Assembly: GCA_012295275.1 (NCBI GenBank)
Contig: CM022679.1
Location: 6,944,001 to 7,008,000, forward strand
Direction: 5' to 3'
DNA from: Chrysomallon squamiferum
Taxonomy: Eukaryota > Animalia > Mollusca
DNA length: 64,000 bases
Shown here: in pieces, positions 60,141 to 64,000 of the stretch
Numbering within the stretch: position 1 is the first letter of the stretch
How the letters are laid out: each line of letters opens with the position of its first letter
Program-made: the position numbers and the translations under genes
Notes under the pieces: generated by a model
Database searches by the model: none
Seen by the model: only the letters and a program-made list of their open reading frames with translations
What the model was told of the DNA's origin: nothing

Positions 60141-63100
60141 TCTTGAAGGAAAAAACAGTAGTATTTATTTGTTTTTTGTTTTTTTTTAATTTATACTAGT
60201 TTTTCCAGCAAAGAAAAATCTATGGCTGTAGAATACATGTAAAAAATTTAGTTATGTAGTAATTTTTATTTTATTTTTCACTTGAACAGGGCAAGAAAAA
60301 GAATGGATGGAGAGGATGTTTATGGAAGCAAAATCTCAGTGGAACTTTCATCAGAAATAAATAAATCAAGTATGCAAAAATATAAAATGAACCAAGACAA
60401 TGATTTTTGTTCTGAAATATTGCTGTTGCAATAATCTGGCTAATTGATGGGGTTAAATTTCTCTGAATAATGCTCATTAATGGTATTTATTAGTTTAAAG
60501 TTATGGAATAAACTCAAATATTGTAAGCATTTTGATCTGCAATATTAAGAGCTGCATTATTAAGAGACATTAGTGCAGGTATTCACCTTAGGTAAAACGA
60601 ATCTTAGTGTGTAATATGGTTAATGTTGAGTGCATTTTGACTCATAATTAAATATTTATAAAATGTTTTCCAAATGATTTTAGTTAACATTTTTTTGCAT
60701 AGAAATGTCCTGAAATTGTGCATGTGTGCATGTGAACTTGCTTGAGTGTAAATGTAAAAAAAATTAATTAATAAATCTGTTGCATCTAGCTTCACATGTG
60801 TATTATGCTGAATCTTAATGTGGTGTTTGGATTTCAATGTTCTTTTAAACATGTTATAAACATTTCCTTTCCATCTGTAAACTTGAAAATATTTGTACTA
60901 CTTGTTGGTAGTTCCTAATAGAAATGATTACATTTGTAAGTTATTATTTATAAATGGTAAATAAAAAAAAAAGATTAAAATTTAAAGTAAACAAAAAATA
61001 AACATTTTGTTTTGCAGATATAACAAAAGAGCAAAAAGGAAAAAATCACAGTAACCCATCAAACACATCTGAGAAATTCTTTCGAAATTATAGTGGTTGT
61101 TCAAGTACTCCTCTGTTAGAAAGTAGCCAAGTTTCGGGTACAGATACTGTTTTCAAGAAACCACAGACTCCTGTGAAATGGATTGTTCGGGGCACTCCTA
61201 CATCTCCTGCTTTACGTGTGACTACCCCAAGCCATTACACTAATCAGCAAGCAGATTCACCAAAAAAAAGGCAAAGCCAGTCAGATTCTCCTATGAAAAC
61301 TGTTTCAACAAACAGCAGTAAAGAGTTGCCGTTTGACAGAGAAGAGAACGTGGATTTCCAAAATGCATGTGGAAATATTTCTAAAAATGATTCTTTGTAT
61401 AATGAAATACATAATCACTCTTTTGTTTTGAATCCATCTACATTGAATGAGGAAGATAATATGTCATCATCATCAAGGAAAAATGCAAGAGAAATGTTGA
61501 TGTTAAAACAGCAGGTTTACCAAGAACGACAGTTGAATGTAACCTACAGTTCTGAGTCACCAAATTTGAATAGGCCTCGAAGTACATGTTTCACAGAAAC
61601 TGACAGCTATGAAAAGAGACGGAGGTTTAACAGTGGAACATCAGCATTCATTGATTCACGACCAAACAGTGAACCTTTTGGCAACAGAAGAGCACAGTCT
61701 CCTTATTTCTTTGAAACAATACGTAGAGAATCAATGGGCTTCAGGAGTGTTTCTAACAGTCCCATTTCTGAACTCGGCAATTTCAACAACAACCACCAGC
61801 AAGGGTTTCATCCACTGGGTCCACACTATCAAAACCGAAATCATGACTTTCATGGATCAGCACTTTATTACAACAGTAACTACAGTGGAAACTTGCAAAC
61901 AAAGAACAGTTTCCATAACCGCAGTTTTCAGCACATTGATTCATCATTCTTCCACTCTGCCAGTCACAGGCTGAATATGTCATTTCAGCCTATATCTAAG
62001 AGCATTTCACCCTCACCAACCTTCTCTGATGATGGGTATTCTGATGGATCTCTTCCTGTAACTAATTCTGTGGAACTGGTGATTTCCAATCTTGATTACA
62101 ACATCAGTCCCAAAGAGTGGCGAAAAATTCTTTTTACAACATTCCATCCACATGTTAAGGTATGCTAGCAAAAATTGACTAATCTTATTTTACTTCTTAA
62201 GATCAATAAAATTTATCAAGAAAGTGCTCTACTAGTATTTTAAATCCAATAACTATGTACAGCATAACATTTATCAAAGAATAAAGCAATTGGTATATCC
62301 ACAATCTTCAGTCAAATTGGTGAAATGGTGTCCCTTTTGTTTATTGCATTTTTTTTATCCTTGTTTGAACACCACAAATTTATAAAATAAAACACAAAAA
62401 ACCCCATTAATTTTCATTACATTGTTTTATTTAACTATTTTGCAGGTTCTTAATGTACATATAAAGACTCAGCAGGATAACACCAGTATTGGTATGATAA
62501 AAGTGCCAAGTGTTGAGGAAGCCCGCTTTGCCATATCTCAGTTTCATAGAAAGAAAATAGGTTACAAGAGAATTCAAGTTACTCTGAAAAATGATGACAG
62601 TGTGACTGCTGCTGCAAATATCAGGTTCTCTTTGATTTTGATTTTGATATTAATCTAGACTTTATTCTTAAGCTACATCAAAAATGTACATTCATTTTCA
62701 ATTCATCATGGTGAATATAATATCCACAGAATCTAATTAGTTTTTCTTTTTCAGAGCGGAAGCCATTGCATTGCTGTCTGAAGCCAAAGGAAATGTTCTG
62801 CCTTTGTTTAAATTTATTGAACTATTTGATAAACGGTAATGTATATATTTTTTTCATCATGTTAACTATCAATACATTGTACATCCATTCTTTTAAAAAT
62901 AATTATTTTTAATTTTTTTTTTTTTTACCTGTATACTGGATACACAATTGATTTTAGAATGGGTTTTATTTTCTTTGGTTTTCCAATTTTGTTTTTGTTA
63001 CAGCATCTAAATGTCTTAAAATTTTGAAAAGGAACAAGTCATTCGCTTTACTTATTTATGCACTTTATTCCTGATCAGTTTTATTAACCATAATTAAAAA

Positions 63101-64000
63101 TAAAACAAAAATTAGTCATATACCAATAGATTGTAAAACGTTTTCATTCAACAGTCAATTTATTAAAAATTGAGATTTAATTCTTTTTTAGCTATCATAA
63201 AACAATTAGTGTTTCGGAATTGTACAAAATGAGGGATGTTCTGGACATTAGAGATCAGGAAGGTTCAGGTCGTATGGTGTACTTGTCATCTGGTATTTAT
63301 CGCTCGCCTACACCACAGGAAATGACTGACTTGGAACTTGGAACATCTTTTCAAGGATCAGTGCAAGAGGTGGAGTAATTATGATTAACTGGATTTTCTT
63401 TTGTTACAAAAAACTAATTTACCTTGCTAATAAATGCTTTATTTAGTAAGGTGGTGTTTTTATTTATCAGAGATAAGTGTGTGCTTTTTAGACTGTGGGA
63501 ATGGGCACATATAACGATTATGAGTAACCCATTAAGAGGAACCTGTAGTGGGATTCCTCATTCTACAAAACATGTTGACACTTAGTAGCTGTTAATAACT
63601 GATGTTCTCTCTTTTTAAAGGCATGTGAAAGTCTAGAACAGCCAGTCTGTCCTGTCCACTGTGTAGAAGGTACAGTTTTCTATGCTGAAGCAATGAACTC
63701 CTGCAATCTGCCCTATGTCAGAATTGTGATGAAAACATTTGCTACACAAGTTCATTCCTTGTTGCTGTCACATAATGGACAGATGCCATTGATGAGGTTT
63801 GTAATATAATTGTTTGATGTGTAGAGGTAGAATAATAAGATGCAAACCTTTTGATAAAACGGTAATTCTTGAAAAAGTGTAATGTTCCTAATTATCATCT
63901 TTAATGATTTGTGGTAATGTTTCAGTTTTCCAGCATGTTATGCTGCTGAATTTGAATGTCTTGTGGGAGTGAAGGAAGGAGGCGTGCCTCTTGAACATCT
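56043..64000 (+). CDS. MARF1: Meiosis regulator and mRNA stability factor 1 (Limkain-b1), 3'-partial multi-exon gene
   Basis: NYN domain GVFWDIEN...KNAADDK...LISSDVNF, RRM1, RRM2 (ISNLDY...[13 protein letters not shown]) and LOTUS repeats; 11 phase-consistent GT-AG exons; runs off the window. Confidence 0.95.
56725..56842 (+). CDS. MARF1: MARF1 exon (NYN)
   Basis: [39 protein letters not shown]|gtaggt. Confidence 0.93.
57272..57438 (+). CDS. MARF1: MARF1 exon (NYN)
   Basis: [25 protein letters not shown]...LPCRTPSK|gtgagg. Confidence 0.92.
57705..57874 (+). CDS. MARF1: MARF1 exon (RRM1)
   Basis: [13 protein letters not shown]...[13 protein letters not shown]...[13 protein letters not shown]|gtgagc. 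Confidence 0.92.
60290..60369 (+). CDS. MARF1: MARF1 exon (end of RRM1)
   Basis: aacag|[26 protein letters not shown]|gtatgc. Confidence 0.9.
61018..62159 (+). CDS. MARF1: MARF1 large exon (low-complexity linker + start of RRM2)
   Basis: tttgcag acceptor in frame with ORF 61173..62168; ends [29 protein letters not shown]|gtatgc. Confidence 0.9.
62446..62624 (+). CDS. MARF1: MARF1 exon (RRM2)
   Basis: VLNVHIK...[24 protein letters not shown]...|gttctc. Confidence 0.92.
62755..62835 (+). CDS. MARF1: MARF1 exon (LOTUS)
   Basis: [27 protein letters not shown]|gtaatg. Confidence 0.9.
63192..63369 (+). CDS. MARF1: MARF1 exon
   Basis: [31 protein letters not shown]...SVQE|gtggag. Confidence 0.88.
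63621..63796 (+). CDS. MARF1: MARF1 exon (LOTUS)
   Basis: [14 protein letters not shown]...[30 protein letters not shown]|gtttgt. Confidence 0.9.
63926..64000 (+). CDS. MARF1: MARF1 exon (truncated by the window)
   Basis: ttcag|[24 protein letters not shown]. Confidence 0.88.

Overview
AT-rich, intron- and microsatellite-rich eukaryotic (invertebrate, probably mollusc-like; inference) genomic DNA. (1) 9.4-28.4 kb, + strand: 3' part of a cGMP-dependent protein kinase (PKG) gene with 15 traceable GT-AG coding exons. It also carries a candidate 27-nt microexon, a duplicated exon that ends in a stop codon and an apparent +1 frameshift. (2) 36.7-49.4 kb, - strand: a tandem array of three paralogous genes whose CDS lies in a single exon. 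Two are intact (444 and 395 aa) and one is disrupted. They encode an uncharacterised protein with a conserved N-terminal motif, a variable linker and a C-terminal PD-(D/E)XK restriction-endonuclease-like domain (E...FD...E-x-K...Q...ILTDG), and lie in ~5.5 kb tandem segmental duplications. (3) 50.87-51.86 kb: internally deleted hAT (Buster/Charlie-type) transposon with perfect 15-bp TIRs and an 8-bp TSD. (4) 52.9 kb to the end, + strand: 5' part of MARF1/Limkain-b1 (NYN, RRM and LOTUS domains), divergent from the nuclease array. The nuclease array is the best candidate for an undescribed system. All assignments are by eye; no searches were run.
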